From: SAR86 cluster bacterium | Lineage (GTDB): Bacteria > Pseudomonadota > Gammaproteobacteria > Magnimaribacterales > D2472 | Assembly (NCBI GenBank): GCA_023703655.1 | Contig: CP097973.1 | Location: 4,701 to 68,700 of the forward strand | Reading direction: 5' to 3' | DNA: 64,000 nt | In this document: piece after piece, positions 41,622-52,248 of the stretch | Layout of the letters: each line of letters begins with the position of its first letter | Position numbering within the stretch: the first letter of the stretch is position 1 | Translations under genes and position numbers: made by a program | The notes under the pieces: model-generated | Told to the model about the DNA's origin: nothing | Databases searched by the model: none | What the model saw: the letters and a program-made list of their open reading frames with translations, nothing else

Positions 41622-42624
41622 TTCACTAGAAAAGATAGCAAAATATATTGTTTCCGATGGAAAAGGAATTCTTGCTGCTGATGAAAGCAATCCAACATGC
41701 ACCAAAAGATTTGATTCAATCGGAGTTGAATCTACGGAAGATAATAGAAGAGATTATAGAGAATTACTTTTTTCAGCTGATGGTATGGAAGGCAATATTG
41801 GAGGAGTAATACTATACGATGAAACCATAAGGCAAAATTCGTCAGATGGAACTAAGCTAATTGATATTATTTCAGCAAATGGAGCATTGCCCGGTATAAA
41901 AGTAGATAAGGGACTCGAAGTTATAAATGATCAAAATGAAACAATTACCAAGGGATTAGAGGATTTAGATGTTAGATGCAAAGAATATAACGAAATGGGA
42001 GCTAAATTTACTAAATGGAGATCAGTTATAAATATTGGTGATTCCATCCCTTCTTATGAATGCATTAATCAGAATATGGATATTCTTGCGAAATACGCAA
42101 AGATTGCACAAAATAATAATATGGTACCAATTGTTGAGCCTGAGGTTCTCATCAATGGAGTACATGATATTGATAGAGCTCATGAAGTTTCTACAGCATG
42201 CTTATCAGTTTTATTTGAAGAGCTAGAAAAGAAAAATGTATTAATAGAGGGATGCATATTAAAGCCTAGTATGGTAACTCCTGGCATGGATTCAGAACAT
42301 ACATCCACAGTTGAAAAAGTTGCAAGAATGACGATAGATTGTCTAAAAAATAATGTTCCTGATTCGTTACCAGGGATAACCTTTCTATCAGGAGGTCAGA
42401 CGGAGCTTGAGGCTACAGAGCATCTAAACGCGATGAACCAGATAGGTGGATTCCAATGGAAATTGAGCTTTTCATATGGACGCGCACTTCAGCAGTCTGC
42501 ACTTAAGGCTTGGCAGGGATTAAGCTCAAACAAAGAAGCTGCACAACAAGCATTTTCTCACAGAGCTAAGATGAATAAGCTTGCTGCGCTTGGACAGTGG
42601 AATAAAGAGCTTGAAACGAAATAA
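41614..42624 (+). CDS. fba: Fructose-bisphosphate aldolase, class I (eukaryote-like 'Glycolytic' family)
   Basis: GILAADES and the Schiff-base Lys context EGCILKPSMVTPG (compare muscle aldolase LEGTLLKPNMVTPG); LSGGQ; 336 aa. Confidence 0.9.
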   Translation: MTDSLEKIAKYIVSDGKGILAADESNPTCTKRFDSIGVESTEDNRRDYRELLFSADGMEGNIGGVILYDETIRQNSSDGTKLIDIISANGALPGIKVDKGLEVINDQNETITKGLEDLDVRCKEYNEMGAKFTKWRSVINIGDSIPSYECINQNMDILAKYAKIAQNNNMVPIVEPEVLINGVHDIDRAHEVSTACLSVLFEELEKKNVLIEGCILKPSMVTPGMDSEHTSTVEKVARMTIDCLKNNVPDSLPGITFLSGGQTELEATEHLNAMNQIGGFQWKLSFSYGRALQQSALKAWQGLSSNKEAAQQAFSHRAKMNKLAALGQWNKELETK

Positions 42625-42627
42625 TTT

Positions 42628-43068
42628 TTGATGCTTGCTCTTGTACAAAGGGTAAAATCTGGCTCAGTTAAGCTTTCTAAACACAAAGAAAAAATTGAAT
42701 CTGGATTAGTCATTTTTGTTTGCTTAGAGGATACAGATACTGAAAGCACTTTTCTAAAATTTGGGCATAAAATGGAAAAGTACTGCTTCTTCAATGATGA
42801 ACAGGGAAGATTTTCCAGATGTATAAATGATATTTCTGGCGAAGTCCTTCTAATAAGTCAATTTTCATTATTGGCTTCAACCAACAAAGGTTTAAAACCA
42901 AGCTTTCATAAAGCAGCCAATTATCAAGATGCAAAAAAACTTTTTAAGTGCCTTAAGGAAATTTTGTGTTCACGATATAATTTTTATAAGTTTGGAGAGT
43001 TTGGCGCAAATATGACCGTTGAGATAATTAATGATGGCCCGCTAACCTTAACTTTTAAATTTAAATGA
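42628..43068 (+). CDS. dtd: D-aminoacyl-tRNA deacylase
   Basis: LALVQRV N-terminus, SQFSL, KPSFHKAA and the C-terminal GEFGANMTVEIINDGPLT signature. Confidence 0.9.
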   Translation: MMLALVQRVKSGSVKLSKHKEKIESGLVIFVCLEDTDTESTFLKFGHKMEKYCFFNDEQGRFSRCINDISGEVLLISQFSLLASTNKGLKPSFHKAANYQDAKKLFKCLKEILCSRYNFYKFGEFGANMTVEIINDGPLTLTFKFK

Positions 43069-44219
43069 AAAAAGATTTTAGAAAATACATAAAAAACTGG
43101 ATTAAAGAAAATTGTCCTGAAGAGATGAAAACTCCAGTTAAATCTGAAGATCAGGTTTGGGCTTCATCAAAGATTAGTTTCCCAAACGCTGATGCGAAGC
43201 AATGGTTTGAAGCAATGGTATCTGAAGGTTATTGCACACCAACATGGCCAAAGCAATATGGTGGAGCTGGCCTATCAGATGAAGATGCAAACATTCTTAA
43301 AGAGGAACTTAAATTAGCAGGATGTAGGAATCCCCAAATAAATTTTGGCATAACAATGCTAGGACCGGTAATACTTGAGTATGGTACTGAAGAGCAAAGA
43401 CAAGAATTTTTGCCAAAGATTTCTAAAGGTGAGATCAGGTGGTGTCAGGGTTTTTCTGAGCCAGGAGCAGGATCTGATCTGGCCGGTATTTCCACACAAG
43501 CACTAAAAGATGGTAATAATTATTTAATCAATGGATCAAAAATTTGGACATCTGAAGCAGATAAGTCAGATTGGATGTATTGTTTAACAAAGACTGATAA
43601 AACCAAAAAACATGATGGCATTTCTTTTTTGCTTCTCAATATGAGGCAGAAGGGCGTAACCACAAAAAAAATAAGACTGCTTAGCGGGGTATCCCCTTTT
43701 TGTCAGGTATTCTTTGATGATGCAATAGCAAGCGTTAACCACTGTATTGGTGGTGAAAATCAAGGATGGAAAGTTGCCAAAAAACTTTTATTGCATGAAA
43801 GATTAATGATGTCTGACATGGAATCAGAAGGTGCCTTCGACATAGCCCCAAATGAGATCTTATCAAGCGGTAGTGATTTTGAGGGTAAATCACTTATGCA
43901 CAAAGAAATTAATAAGCATGAACTTAGGAATAACCTAATTGATTTGACAATGCAGAGAGTTAAGCAAGAATCATTGAGTAGTTTTTCTGAAGCATCCTTA
44001 ACTTTAAAGTACTTGAGTACTGAAGAACTCCAAAAACGTTGGGAACTTAATATAAATGCATTAGGTATGGGTGGCTTGATCAACGTCGATCAAGAAGACA
44101 ATCAACTCAATAATATAGTTAAATCTTTTTTTTATTCCAAAGCATACACAATTGCAGGCGGCAGCAGTGAGGTACAGCTCAACATCATTTCTAAAAATTT
44201 ACTTGGCCTTAAATCTTGA
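43065..44219 (+). CDS. Acyl-CoA dehydrogenase family protein
   Basis: FSEPGAGSD, GSKIWTS and the C-terminal catalytic-Glu region IAGGSSEVQ; 384 aa. Confidence 0.8.
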   Translation: MKKDFRKYIKNWIKENCPEEMKTPVKSEDQVWASSKISFPNADAKQWFEAMVSEGYCTPTWPKQYGGAGLSDEDANILKEELKLAGCRNPQINFGITMLGPVILEYGTEEQRQEFLPKISKGEIRWCQGFSEPGAGSDLAGISTQALKDGNNYLINGSKIWTSEADKSDWMYCLTKTDKTKKHDGISFLLLNMRQKGVTTKKIRLLSGVSPFCQVFFDDAIASVNHCIGGENQGWKVAKKLLLHERLMMSDMESEGAFDIAPNEILSSGSDFEGKSLMHKEINKHELRNNLIDLTMQRVKQESLSSFSEASLTLKYLSTEELQKRWELNINALGMGGLINVDQEDNQLNNIVKSFFYSKAYTIAGGSSEVQLNIISKNLLGLKS

Positions 44220-44812
44220 AGATTAATTCTCTATCTATTTTTTGTGGTGCGCACAAAGGTCATGACCCAATTTTTGAAGATGAGGCAATAGAATTAGTTA
44301 ATCTATTAGCTGAATACAGCATCGACATTGTTTATGGTGGTGGTAATGTTGGTCTGATGAAGGTGATTTCAGATAGAGCAGTGGAATTAGGAATAAATGT
44401 TACGGGAATCACCCTTAAGTCACTTAATGAATTTGAACAATCTAATCCAAATATTAGTAAGACATTAATTGTGGATGATTTATTTGAGCGAAAGAAGGCC
44501 TTTATTGAATTGAGTGATGGATTCATTGTGCTCCCCGGAGGAATCGGTTCCATGGATGAACTTCTTGAGGTCGTAGTAACCAATCAGCTTGGGCTAATTA
44601 ATAAACCAGTAGGCTTGTTGAATACAAAAAATTATTATGATGGTTTTCTTTCTTGGTTTAAAGAATCTGTTAAGGCTGGTTTTGTCTCACAAGCTAATTT
44701 TGATGCCCTTATTTATGAGAATACTCCCAAAAAACTTTTAGAATTATTAATTTCCAAAAAGTTACCTGATGATGATGATTGGATTAAAAGACTCAATATT
44801 AACGATCGTTAG
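44216..44812 (+). CDS. LOG-family (TIGR00730) nucleotide 5'-monophosphate nucleosidase
   Basis: TTG start in a TTGA overlap; VYGGGNVGLM and PGGIGSMDEL motifs. Confidence 0.8.
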   Translation: MKINSLSIFCGAHKGHDPIFEDEAIELVNLLAEYSIDIVYGGGNVGLMKVISDRAVELGINVTGITLKSLNEFEQSNPNISKTLIVDDLFERKKAFIELSDGFIVLPGGIGSMDELLEVVVTNQLGLINKPVGLLNTKNYYDGFLSWFKESVKAGFVSQANFDALIYENTPKKLLELLISKKLPDDDDWIKRLNINDR

Positions 44813-45540
44813 TCTTTATCCCTAGACAGCGCTAACCCAAGCTCAAAAAGTAACCACATTGGTACTGCAAGAAATAGCTGAGAAAAAATATCAGGTGGAG
44901 TTAACAACATTGCAAGAATTAAAAACAAGATAATAAGATATGGACGCATACTTGTTATTTGAGATTTTGATTTTATGCCTGTGCGAATTAGAAGATTAGT
45001 TATTATTGGTACTTGGAAAGCAAAACCAAATCCAAAAATTAATTTCATCATGAAACTTAAATATTGATTAATATCAGTCATTATTTTTATATTAGACGGC
45101 GCACTTGATACAAAAAATTTTGTAATCACTGGCGCTACTACAAGATAAGAAAAGATTATTCCTGAGAAAAAAAGAACGTTAACCATTATAAAAATTGGCT
45201 TTGCTAGATTTTTTTCACTTTGATATAGACCTGGCGAGGCATACACCCATGCTTGGTAAAAACAAAATGGGAGACTAAATATTAATGCCAGATATAGACA
45301 CAACTTTATAGGTGCTAAGAATGGAGATGTAACACCAATTGCTATCATTGAGCTCTCGTTAAGTGCTTGAGACATTGGCGAAGAAAACAACGTATAAATT
45401 TGATCAGAAAAAGGCAACATGCACAGGAAAATCAGTGCAACAAAAATAAGACATCTTATTAATCTTTGCCTTAATTCTGTCAAATGATCATAAAAAGATA
45501 GATGTTTCTTTTCAGCTGCTGTCTTTTTCATTATCTTCAA
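44809..45540 (-). CDS. tatC: Sec-independent protein translocase TatC
   Basis: HLTELRQRLI N-terminus; six TM helices; tatA-tatB-tatC order. Confidence 0.9.
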   Translation of the reverse strand: MKIMKKTAAEKKHLSFYDHLTELRQRLIRCLIFVALIFLCMLPFSDQIYTLFSSPMSQALNESSMIAIGVTSPFLAPIKLCLYLALIFSLPFCFYQAWVYASPGLYQSEKNLAKPIFIMVNVLFFSGIIFSYLVVAPVITKFFVSSAPSNIKIMTDINQYLSFMMKLIFGFGFAFQVPIITNLLIRTGIKSKSQITSMRPYLIILFLILAMLLTPPDIFSQLFLAVPMWLLFELGLALSRDKD

Positions 45541-45754
45541 GTTCTTTTAATCTAATCTCATTATGGATATCTTGCTTTATTTCATCAGCACCAATATTTC
45601 TTTCTATCTCACTTTTAGCATCATCAAATGCATTTCTTAGTAATTTAAGATTTTTAAGGATAAATTTGTATGTATCTGGTAACTTTTCTGGACCAATAAC
45701 GATAAGTCCGATTATCAGGATTAAGATTAATTCAAGAAAACCTATTTGAAACAA
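45512..45754 (-). CDS. tatB: Sec-independent translocase TatB
   Basis: MFQIGFLELILILIIGLIVIGPEKLP (TatB-type GFxE start) followed by an amphipathic helix. Confidence 0.8.
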   Translation of the reverse strand: MFQIGFLELILILIIGLIVIGPEKLPDTYKFILKNLKLLRNAFDDAKSEIERNIGADEIKQDIHNEIRLKELEDNEKDSS

Positions 45755-45772
45755 AGGATATTAATGTTTTTC

Positions 45773-45937
45773 GTTAGACTCATCTTTTGATTCGTCATCT
45801 TTTATGGCCTTTTTAAAACCCTTTAGACCCTGTCCCAAGTCAGAACCAATAGACCGAAGTTTTTTGCTACCAAACAATAGAAGAACCACTAATAAGATTA
45901 TTAGTAGTTGCCATATACTTATTCCACCGAAACCCAT
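45773..45937 (-). CDS. tatA: Sec-independent translocase TatA (54 aa; not in the ORF track)
   Basis: Hand translation gives [54 protein letters not shown], a canonical TatA N-terminus. It replaces the spurious + strand track ORF 45804..46031. Confidence 0.8.
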
Positions 45938-45971
45938 AATTCAAGAATATTATACGACTATTAACAAGTTT

Positions 45972-47531
45972 CTAAAAATTTACGATGAAAATGATAAATA
46001 TAATGAAAATAATAGAAAACGATATTCTTGAGAATGTTTGTTGTTTTCTGAGCTTCGCTTCAAAATTCTGCATTTTAGATTGATTAATCCTGTTATTTGA
46101 GAGATCTTTTAAACCATCAAGAATTTCAAAGATTTCGTTTGGAATTTCTGATGCTTTTTCAAGAATATCTAGTTTGTCTTCTTTAATCATCTTCACAATC
46201 TTGGAGGGATGATATTTTTCCATTATCCAATTATCAATGTAAGGCTCAGCAATAGACCAAAAATCAAGTTCAGGATAAATTTGTCTTCCCATACCTTCAA
46301 TGTGTATCAAAGTTTTTTGAAGTAATATTAGCGATGGTTGTACTGATAGCCCATAAATTCGTGTGCTATCGAACAAAAACAAAAGCAATTTGCCAAATTC
46401 AATTTGAGAAAGAGGTTTTTCAAATATTGGTTCACAACAAGCCCTAAGTGTAAGTTCTAGTTCATTTTCATTTGTATCTTGATTCACCCATCCTGCGTTT
46501 ATAAACAATTTGGCCAATTTGGAATAATCCTGCTTTATCGTTGTACTCAACATTCTTCCAAGGTTATATAAATCTTTATCACTTAGGCTTCCGACAATCG
46601 CGCAATCTACAGCTGTATACCTATTTTTCTCGGGATATTTGGCATCAACAAAAATGTTTCCTGGATGCATATCTGCATGGAAAAAGTTATCTCTAAAAAC
46701 TTGATTTAGAAATATTTCAACACCATTCTCAGCAAGTTTTTTGAGATTTACACCAGATTTCTCAATTTCTTTAATATCAGTACATGGGATACCGTAAATC
46801 TTCTCCATTACAAGAACATTTTTTGAAGTAAAGTCTGTAAAAACTTTAGGTATGTATAAGAGCTCAGAGTTTTCAAAGTTTTTCCTTGTACGAATAGTAT
46901 TTGATGCTTCTAATCTCAAGTCAGTTTCTTTATTTAGGGTATTTTTGTAGTCTTGAACAACTTCTGAAATCTTTAACCTATGACTATCTTTAATGATTAT
47001 TTTTACTAAATTTGCTAATAATGATAAAAGATTCAGATTTCTTCTAACATCTTTTTCAATATTTGGTCGCAATACTTTTATCACAATCTTTTCTTCACTA
47101 TCTTTTAAAACCGCTTCATGTACTTGGGCAAGTGATGCAGATGCGATTGGAGTAATGTTGAATTCTTTAAAATATTTATCAAAACTTCCATTCATTGATT
47201 TTTCAATAATTTTTTTAGCTTTGTAACCGGAAAATGGACTACATTGCTCTGTTAATTGTTGAAGATGTTTTGCTATGTGTAGAGGCACAACATCAGTTCT
47301 TGTTGATAGGAGCTGACCAAACTTGATAAACATAGGCCCCATACTCTCAAGATATGCATTAATTCTTATTCCTGGATCTTGTTTAAATCTAAACCAATAA
47401 AATATATTTAAGTAATTTATTATTTTTAATAGTTTGCTTTGCTGTAGGTCAACAGGAATGTTTATAACGCCATAATAAAAGGCCAAAAAAACTAGTTTTA
47501 AAAAATCAACTATCAGCATGCATCCTTTCAA
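45972..47531 (-). CDS. ubiB: Ubiquinone biosynthesis regulatory kinase-like protein UbiB
   Basis: ABC1/ADCK motifs FIKFGQLLSTRTD, ASASLAQVHEA and HADMHPGNIFV; C-terminal TM segment. Confidence 0.9.
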   Translation of the reverse strand: MKGCMLIVDFLKLVFLAFYYGVINIPVDLQQSKLLKIINYLNIFYWFRFKQDPGIRINAYLESMGPMFIKFGQLLSTRTDVVPLHIAKHLQQLTEQCSPFSGYKAKKIIEKSMNGSFDKYFKEFNITPIASASLAQVHEAVLKDSEEKIVIKVLRPNIEKDVRRNLNLLSLLANLVKIIIKDSHRLKISEVVQDYKNTLNKETDLRLEASNTIRTRKNFENSELLYIPKVFTDFTSKNVLVMEKIYGIPCTDIKEIEKSGVNLKKLAENGVEIFLNQVFRDNFFHADMHPGNIFVDAKYPEKNRYTAVDCAIVGSLSDKDLYNLGRMLSTTIKQDYSKLAKLFINAGWVNQDTNENELELTLRACCEPIFEKPLSQIEFGKLLLFLFDSTRIYGLSVQPSLILLQKTLIHIEGMGRQIYPELDFWSIAEPYIDNWIMEKYHPSKIVKMIKEDKLDILEKASEIPNEIFEILDGLKDLSNNRINQSKMQNFEAKLRKQQTFSRISFSIIFIIFIIFIVNF

Positions 47532-47991
47532 GTTTGTCTACTCTCAGAGTAATTTTTCTCAGCCTTTCAATTACCTCATCATCTTTTATTTTAGAATCTT
47601 TAGTGAAAGCTCTTTTCTTGAGGATTGCTAAAAATAGCAAAATTTCACCAAACTGCACATTTAAAATATCTTCATTCCTAATATTTACGCTTCTAAATGA
47701 ACTAAAAAATGCAATCGCAACTTCTGCGTTTCCCTCAATAAAATGTGGTGATACCTTTCCATTAAAAATATATCCCAACTCTTTTAGCTCACAATTTATT
47801 GTAAATTCAACTGATTTTTGAGGCACTGTTGTTAACACCTTCTTATTACTTGATAGATGCACAAAAAATAGCTTATAACCAAAAATATTTATACCAAAAA
47901 TCAGAGGGGGATTCTTATCGATCATTTGGACAATGTTTGGCATCAACTTCGAAGCAACCGCAATAGTCTTGTCTAGATTAATTTCCATCAC
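47506..47991 (-). CDS. ubiJ: UbiJ (SCP2-domain ubiquinone biosynthesis accessory factor), by position
   Basis: Lies between ubiE and ubiB exactly as in the E. coli ubiE-ubiJ-ubiB operon; 161 aa with a C-terminal amphipathic tail. I recognise no strong motif. Confidence 0.55.
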   Translation of the reverse strand: MMEINLDKTIAVASKLMPNIVQMIDKNPPLIFGINIFGYKLFFVHLSSNKKVLTTVPQKSVEFTINCELKELGYIFNGKVSPHFIEGNAEVAIAFFSSFRSVNIRNEDILNVQFGEILLFLAILKKRAFTKDSKIKDDEVIERLRKITLRVDKLERMHADS

Positions 47992-48722
47992 TTTACCGCT
48001 TTATGTATTGCTACAACCCCATTCAATAAATTAAAAAATTTGCATTTGTTATAACCAGAATCGATTATCATTGATTTAAGTTTTTCTTGATTTGGGTGCA
48101 TCCTTATTGATTCCACAAGATATTTGTAACTGTTTTCGTCGTTAGCAACAAGCTTCCCTATTTTTGGCAATATTCTGAAGGAGTACCAATCATAAATATT
48201 TTGAAAAATACCACTTTGAGGATTTGAGAATTCAAGAATGATGAGGTTGCCATTATCTTTTAGGCATCGTCTCATTTCCTCTAGACCAACCTTAATATTA
48301 GTAAAATTTCTTATGCCAAATCCTACGAATATGGCATCAAATGTATTGTCTTTAAAGGGTAGTTTTTCTCCAGATGCAGCTCCAAAATAGAGGTTTTTAA
48401 AAAAATTTTCATCAATGGATCTCTTATACCCTACTTCCAACATATTATGATTAATATCAGTGGCATATACTTTGTTGTTTGGAAACTCTCTAAGGACAAT
48501 TTTTGGGATATCACATGTTCCACTTGCTACATCTAGAACATATGAGTCTTTATTAAGTTCCGCAATCTCTACTAATACTTCTTTCCAAAGTCTATGCATA
48601 CCAAATGACATTAGGTCATTCATCAAGTCATAATTTTTTGCAACTGAATCAAACACGCCAGCAACTCTATTTTCTTTCTCATCTTGATGAATCTTTTCAA
48701 ATCCAAAATTAATTTTTGACAT
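47988..48722 (-). CDS. ubiE: Demethylmenaquinone/ubiquinone C-methyltransferase
   Basis: VAKNYDLMNDLMSFGMHRLWK and SAM-binding LDVASGTCD; FGIRN. Confidence 0.93.
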   Translation of the reverse strand: MSKINFGFEKIHQDEKENRVAGVFDSVAKNYDLMNDLMSFGMHRLWKEVLVEIAELNKDSYVLDVASGTCDIPKIVLREFPNNKVYATDINHNMLEVGYKRSIDENFFKNLYFGAASGEKLPFKDNTFDAIFVGFGIRNFTNIKVGLEEMRRCLKDNGNLIILEFSNPQSGIFQNIYDWYSFRILPKIGKLVANDENSYKYLVESIRMHPNQEKLKSMIIDSGYNKCKFFNLLNGVVAIHKAVK

Positions 48723-49584
48723 AATGATCTCTACTCATAAATTCAATAAAAGTATCATACCTTTGTTGAGATATTTTATTCTCACTCAACATCTTAAGCA
48801 CCTCACATCCCTCTTCTTTAATATGGCTACAATTTGTGAATTTGCAAAGTTTTTTACATGAAAAGATCTCTACAAATGATTCCTCAATTACTTTTTTTGG
48901 TATGTTATCAATTTCTAAGTCTCTAACTCCAGGCGAATCTATTACATATGTGTTTTCATTATTTACAACTTGATATAACTTTGAAGTTGAAGTTGTATGC
49001 TGACCTTGACCTTTTGAAAGCATTTTTGTTTTAAGATCTTGATTAATTAATTTACCTGTTAAGGTAGATTTTCCAACTCCAGATTGCCCAACAAAAATTG
49101 ACATGCTTTGAGTTATATAATTGATTAATGCATCAAGCCCAATATTATTTTTTGCAGAGACTTCAAAGCATTTTATGCCAATAGATTTATAAATTTTCAC
49201 CGTCTCAAGAACATCTTTTGGAATCTCCATATCAATCTTATTCAGCACCAAAAAAGGCTCAATATTTGAGTACCTTGAAATAATTATCCATTTTTCGATA
49301 AATCCAGTTATTAATTCAGGTTTACACGCAATTATGATTCCTAAATAATCAAGGTTTGATGCGATTACTTTCTCCTTACCGCCTTTGTATTTTCTTAGCT
49401 TACTTTTTCTTTTTGTAATTTCATTAATTAAGTATTCATTTGACTCCATTTTAATGCTGACATTATCGCCAACGCACAGAGGCATTTTTTTCATAGGCCG
49501 CATATTGAAAAGTTCTCCATTCATCTGCACTAAACAACTGTCAGAATAGAATTCTAAGACCTTTCCTGTTTGAACTTTTTGCAT
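48709..49584 (-). CDS. rsgA: Ribosome small-subunit-dependent GTPase A
   Basis: Circularly permuted GTPase with LNKIDM before [10 protein letters not shown]; C-terminal zinc knuckle [14 protein letters not shown]; divergent from orn as in E. coli. Confidence 0.85.
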   Translation of the reverse strand: MQKVQTGKVLEFYSDSCLVQMNGELFNMRPMKKMPLCVGDNVSIKMESNEYLINEITKRKSKLRKYKGGKEKVIASNLDYLGIIIACKPELITGFIEKWIIISRYSNIEPFLVLNKIDMEIPKDVLETVKIYKSIGIKCFEVSAKNNIGLDALINYITQSMSIFVGQSGVGKSTLTGKLINQDLKTKMLSKGQGQHTTSTSKLYQVVNNENTYVIDSPGVRDLEIDNIPKKVIEESFVEIFSCKKLCKFTNCSHIKEEGCEVLKMLSENKISQQRYDTFIEFMSRDHYVKN

Positions 49585-49625
49585 TTACACCACAAAATAC
49601 ACTAAACGTTTCAAGAAACAATAAT

Positions 49626-50171
49626 ATGGCCAGTCTTTTTTCAAATAAAAACCTTATATGGATCGATCTTGAGATGACAGGCCTCAATCCTGAAAAAGAG
49701 AAGATTATTGAAATTGCTACCATTGTTACTGATTCAGATCTGAATATCCTTGCTGAAGGCCCAAATATGGTATTAAGACAAGATTCATCTTTGTTAGAGC
49801 TAATGGATGACTGGAATAAAAATCATCATTCTAATTCAGGCCTCTTGGATGCAGTCAAGATTAGTAATTTAAATGAACAACAAGCTGAAATAGAAACTTT
49901 GGATTTTATTTCGAAATTTGTTGGAGAGGGACGATCTCCAATGTGTGGAAATACCGTTTCGCATGACAGACGATTTTTGTCTCTGTACATGCCAAAGCTT
50001 GAAGCATATTTTCACTATCGTCATATTGATGTATCCACAATTAAAGAGCTTGCTTTTAGGTGGATAGAAAACATTGATGGATTTGAGAAATCCAATACTC
50101 ATCGCGCACTGGATGATATTAGAGAATCTATAAAAGAACTCAGATATTACAGAGATCTAATCTTTAAATAG
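49626..50171 (+). CDS. orn: Oligoribonuclease
   Basis: [11 protein letters not shown] (Exo I), [11 protein letters not shown] and [11 protein letters not shown]. Confidence 0.93.
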   Translation: MASLFSNKNLIWIDLEMTGLNPEKEKIIEIATIVTDSDLNILAEGPNMVLRQDSSLLELMDDWNKNHHSNSGLLDAVKISNLNEQQAEIETLDFISKFVGEGRSPMCGNTVSHDRRFLSLYMPKLEAYFHYRHIDVSTIKELAFRWIENIDGFEKSNTHRALDDIRESIKELRYYRDLIFK

Positions 50172-51761
50172 ATTTGAATTTTTGTAGACAAATTTTCTTA
50201 TGCTCGATATGCCACTTTGAGGTTGATGTACCGAATTTACATATTTAAAAGAGGCAACGAACTCATCTTTGGTAATTGAGATATTTAAAAATCCTCTTGA
50301 TTGAGCATCCATCCACCTTACCTCATTGTTCGTTGATATGATTGAATCCTCTAGCGCATTCTTGTCTATTTTGATGATGTCTAACAATCCAGGAGATGTT
50401 ACTGATGGTGTTCCAAATTCAAAGCCTACACCCTCTCCCTGTAGATCATGAAGTTTTGATACCCATGAATTATGAGTATCTCCTGCTAGGCTTATTAAGG
50501 TTTTTTTGTTAGATTTAAATAGTTTAAATATCCTTTCCCTTTCTGCAGGATAGCCATCCCATGCGTCAAGATTACTCGGCAAATTCAATTTTGTAATAGG
50601 CAGGTAATCTTTTACTTCTACAGGCAAAGATGAAATATCAATATCGTTAGTTAAGTCAGGAAATTTAATCTTTGTCATAAGCACTTGCTGTGCAACCACA
50701 TTCCATTTTGCAGAATTCATTTTCAGCTTTGATTCAAGCCATTCAATTTGATTGTTTCCAATTAACTTCCTTGCTGGATGATTCAAGTCGGAGTAAAAAT
50801 TATCAAATTCAAAACCTTCCTTTGAAAAGTATTTACTAAACTCAATTTGCTTATCCCTATCGGTGTGTCTGGTATCTAGAATCATAAGATTTAGTAAGGT
50901 ACCAACATTAAAAGATCTATAAATATGATTTTTATGAGTTAGCCTAATTGGCATCCATTCAAAATACGCCTTCATAGCATTGGCCTTTCTAAAAACAAAA
51001 TTTCCCTCATCCAATGAGTGGTTTTCAGCTCCATATTTCCATGTATCGTTAGATACTTCATGATCATCCCAAACTGCAACTAAAGGATGCATGGCATGTA
51101 ACAATTTTGATTGTTTATCACTTTTATATTGAGCATGTCGTTTTCTGTAATCAGATAGAGAAAACAATTCATTTTTCGGCTCGGGCACTCTATTAAATCT
51201 TTCTGCAGTCTCAGTTCCATAACCTCCCTGACCGTATTCATATATGTAATCACCTAAGTGAATCCAAAAATCAATATCTTCTTTTGAGCATTCCTCATAT
51301 GCATGGAAAAAACCTGCAGGATAGTTCGAACAACTAAACACTGAAAAGTTTACTTTCTCCGCACTTTGATCAAGTAATTTTGATCGACCAATATCAGAAT
51401 GTATTGAATCAATAATAAATCTAAAATAAAAATGCTCACGTGGACTGATATATTTAGCTGCATGAAAATCATATTTCACACAATAATCATTATCATAATT
51501 TGTAGAGCATTTTTTGCGATGAATTATTTCATCAAAGCCTATATCTTTCGAAATTTCGAGCATCACATTGACTGTGCCACTTACTTTAGGAGTAACTCTT
51601 GTCCATAAAATTACGTGCGAGCTGTTAGGATCTCCACTCGCTACACCGTGATTAAAAGAATATTTATTAGTTTCATATAAGATTGGAGTTGAGGAAAATG
51701 ACCTAAGTGGCAAGAATGAAAAGCCCAATGCAATTAATTTTAGGAAACCTCTTCTTCTCAC
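50157..51761 (-). CDS. phoD: PhoD-family alkaline phosphatase/phosphodiesterase, Tat-exported
   Basis: Twin-arginine signal MRRRGFLKL; metallophosphatase motifs [19 protein letters not shown] and GDTHNSW. Confidence 0.85.
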   Translation of the reverse strand: MRRRGFLKLIALGFSFLPLRSFSSTPILYETNKYSFNHGVASGDPNSSHVILWTRVTPKVSGTVNVMLEISKDIGFDEIIHRKKCSTNYDNDYCVKYDFHAAKYISPREHFYFRFIIDSIHSDIGRSKLLDQSAEKVNFSVFSCSNYPAGFFHAYEECSKEDIDFWIHLGDYIYEYGQGGYGTETAERFNRVPEPKNELFSLSDYRKRHAQYKSDKQSKLLHAMHPLVAVWDDHEVSNDTWKYGAENHSLDEGNFVFRKANAMKAYFEWMPIRLTHKNHIYRSFNVGTLLNLMILDTRHTDRDKQIEFSKYFSKEGFEFDNFYSDLNHPARKLIGNNQIEWLESKLKMNSAKWNVVAQQVLMTKIKFPDLTNDIDISSLPVEVKDYLPITKLNLPSNLDAWDGYPAERERIFKLFKSNKKTLISLAGDTHNSWVSKLHDLQGEGVGFEFGTPSVTSPGLLDIIKIDKNALEDSIISTNNEVRWMDAQSRGFLNISITKDEFVASFKYVNSVHQPQSGISSIRKFVYKNSNLFKD

Positions 51762-51787
51762 ATAAAAAGGTTATAACAAATATAGTT

Positions 51788-51803
51788 ACATTTCATGAAA
51801 TGT
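51788..51803. promoter_or_regulatory. Perfect 16-nt palindrome ACATTTCATGAAATGT upstream of phoD
   Basis: Read directly from the sequence. It lies in the 52-nt gap between the DUF1820 stop (51814) and the phoD start (51761). It could be an operator or a weak AT-rich hairpin. Confidence 0.25.
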
Positions 51804-51813
51804 TATATAAAAA

Positions 51814-52140
51814 TTAATCTTTTTTAGATTGAGGCTGGATATTTATTGGAAAAGGCGAAATATCACTTTTATTTTTCTTAATCTTTGCCTCACCGGATTC
51901 TAAGACTTCATCTATTCTTACAATTGCATTGATTGGGATGTAAGACCTTTTAACGCCTTTAAATTCATTCTTAAGCTTTTCAGTAGATGGATCAACCACT
52001 ATCTGTTCGTCTTTATTAAAAACATATTCTTCAACCTCAATGAATCCATACATGTCGCTTTGATAAATCTGTTTGGCGAATACTTCATATATTTCTCCAA
52101 GCTGGAGAAAATTTATTTTGTACATTGTTTTATTTCCCAT
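51814..52140 (-). CDS. DUF1820-like hypothetical protein
   Basis: 108 aa. YKINFLQLGEIYEVFAKQIYQSDMYGFIEVEEYVF resembles the DUF1820 proteins I recall lying divergent from miaB in Pseudomonas-like genomes. Confidence 0.5.
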   Translation of the reverse strand: MGNKTMYKINFLQLGEIYEVFAKQIYQSDMYGFIEVEEYVFNKDEQIVVDPSTEKLKNEFKGVKRSYIPINAIVRIDEVLESGEAKIKKNKSDISPFPINIQPQSKKD

Positions 52141-52248
52141 TGAACTGATATATGTATTAATTTTAATAATAAAAGATTTATATGGGTTATTTATTAGAAT
52201 TAAAATTTTAAAAATGATATAAATATCACCTTTTTGAAATAATAAATT

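Noticed and set aside
45804-46031. 75-aa + strand track ORF between tatB and ubiB.
   Set aside because: The opposite strand encodes a textbook TatA ([12 protein letters not shown]...FGSKKL) at 45773-45937, in the expected tatA-tatB-tatC order. The + strand ORF has no motif and would be transcribed against the operon.
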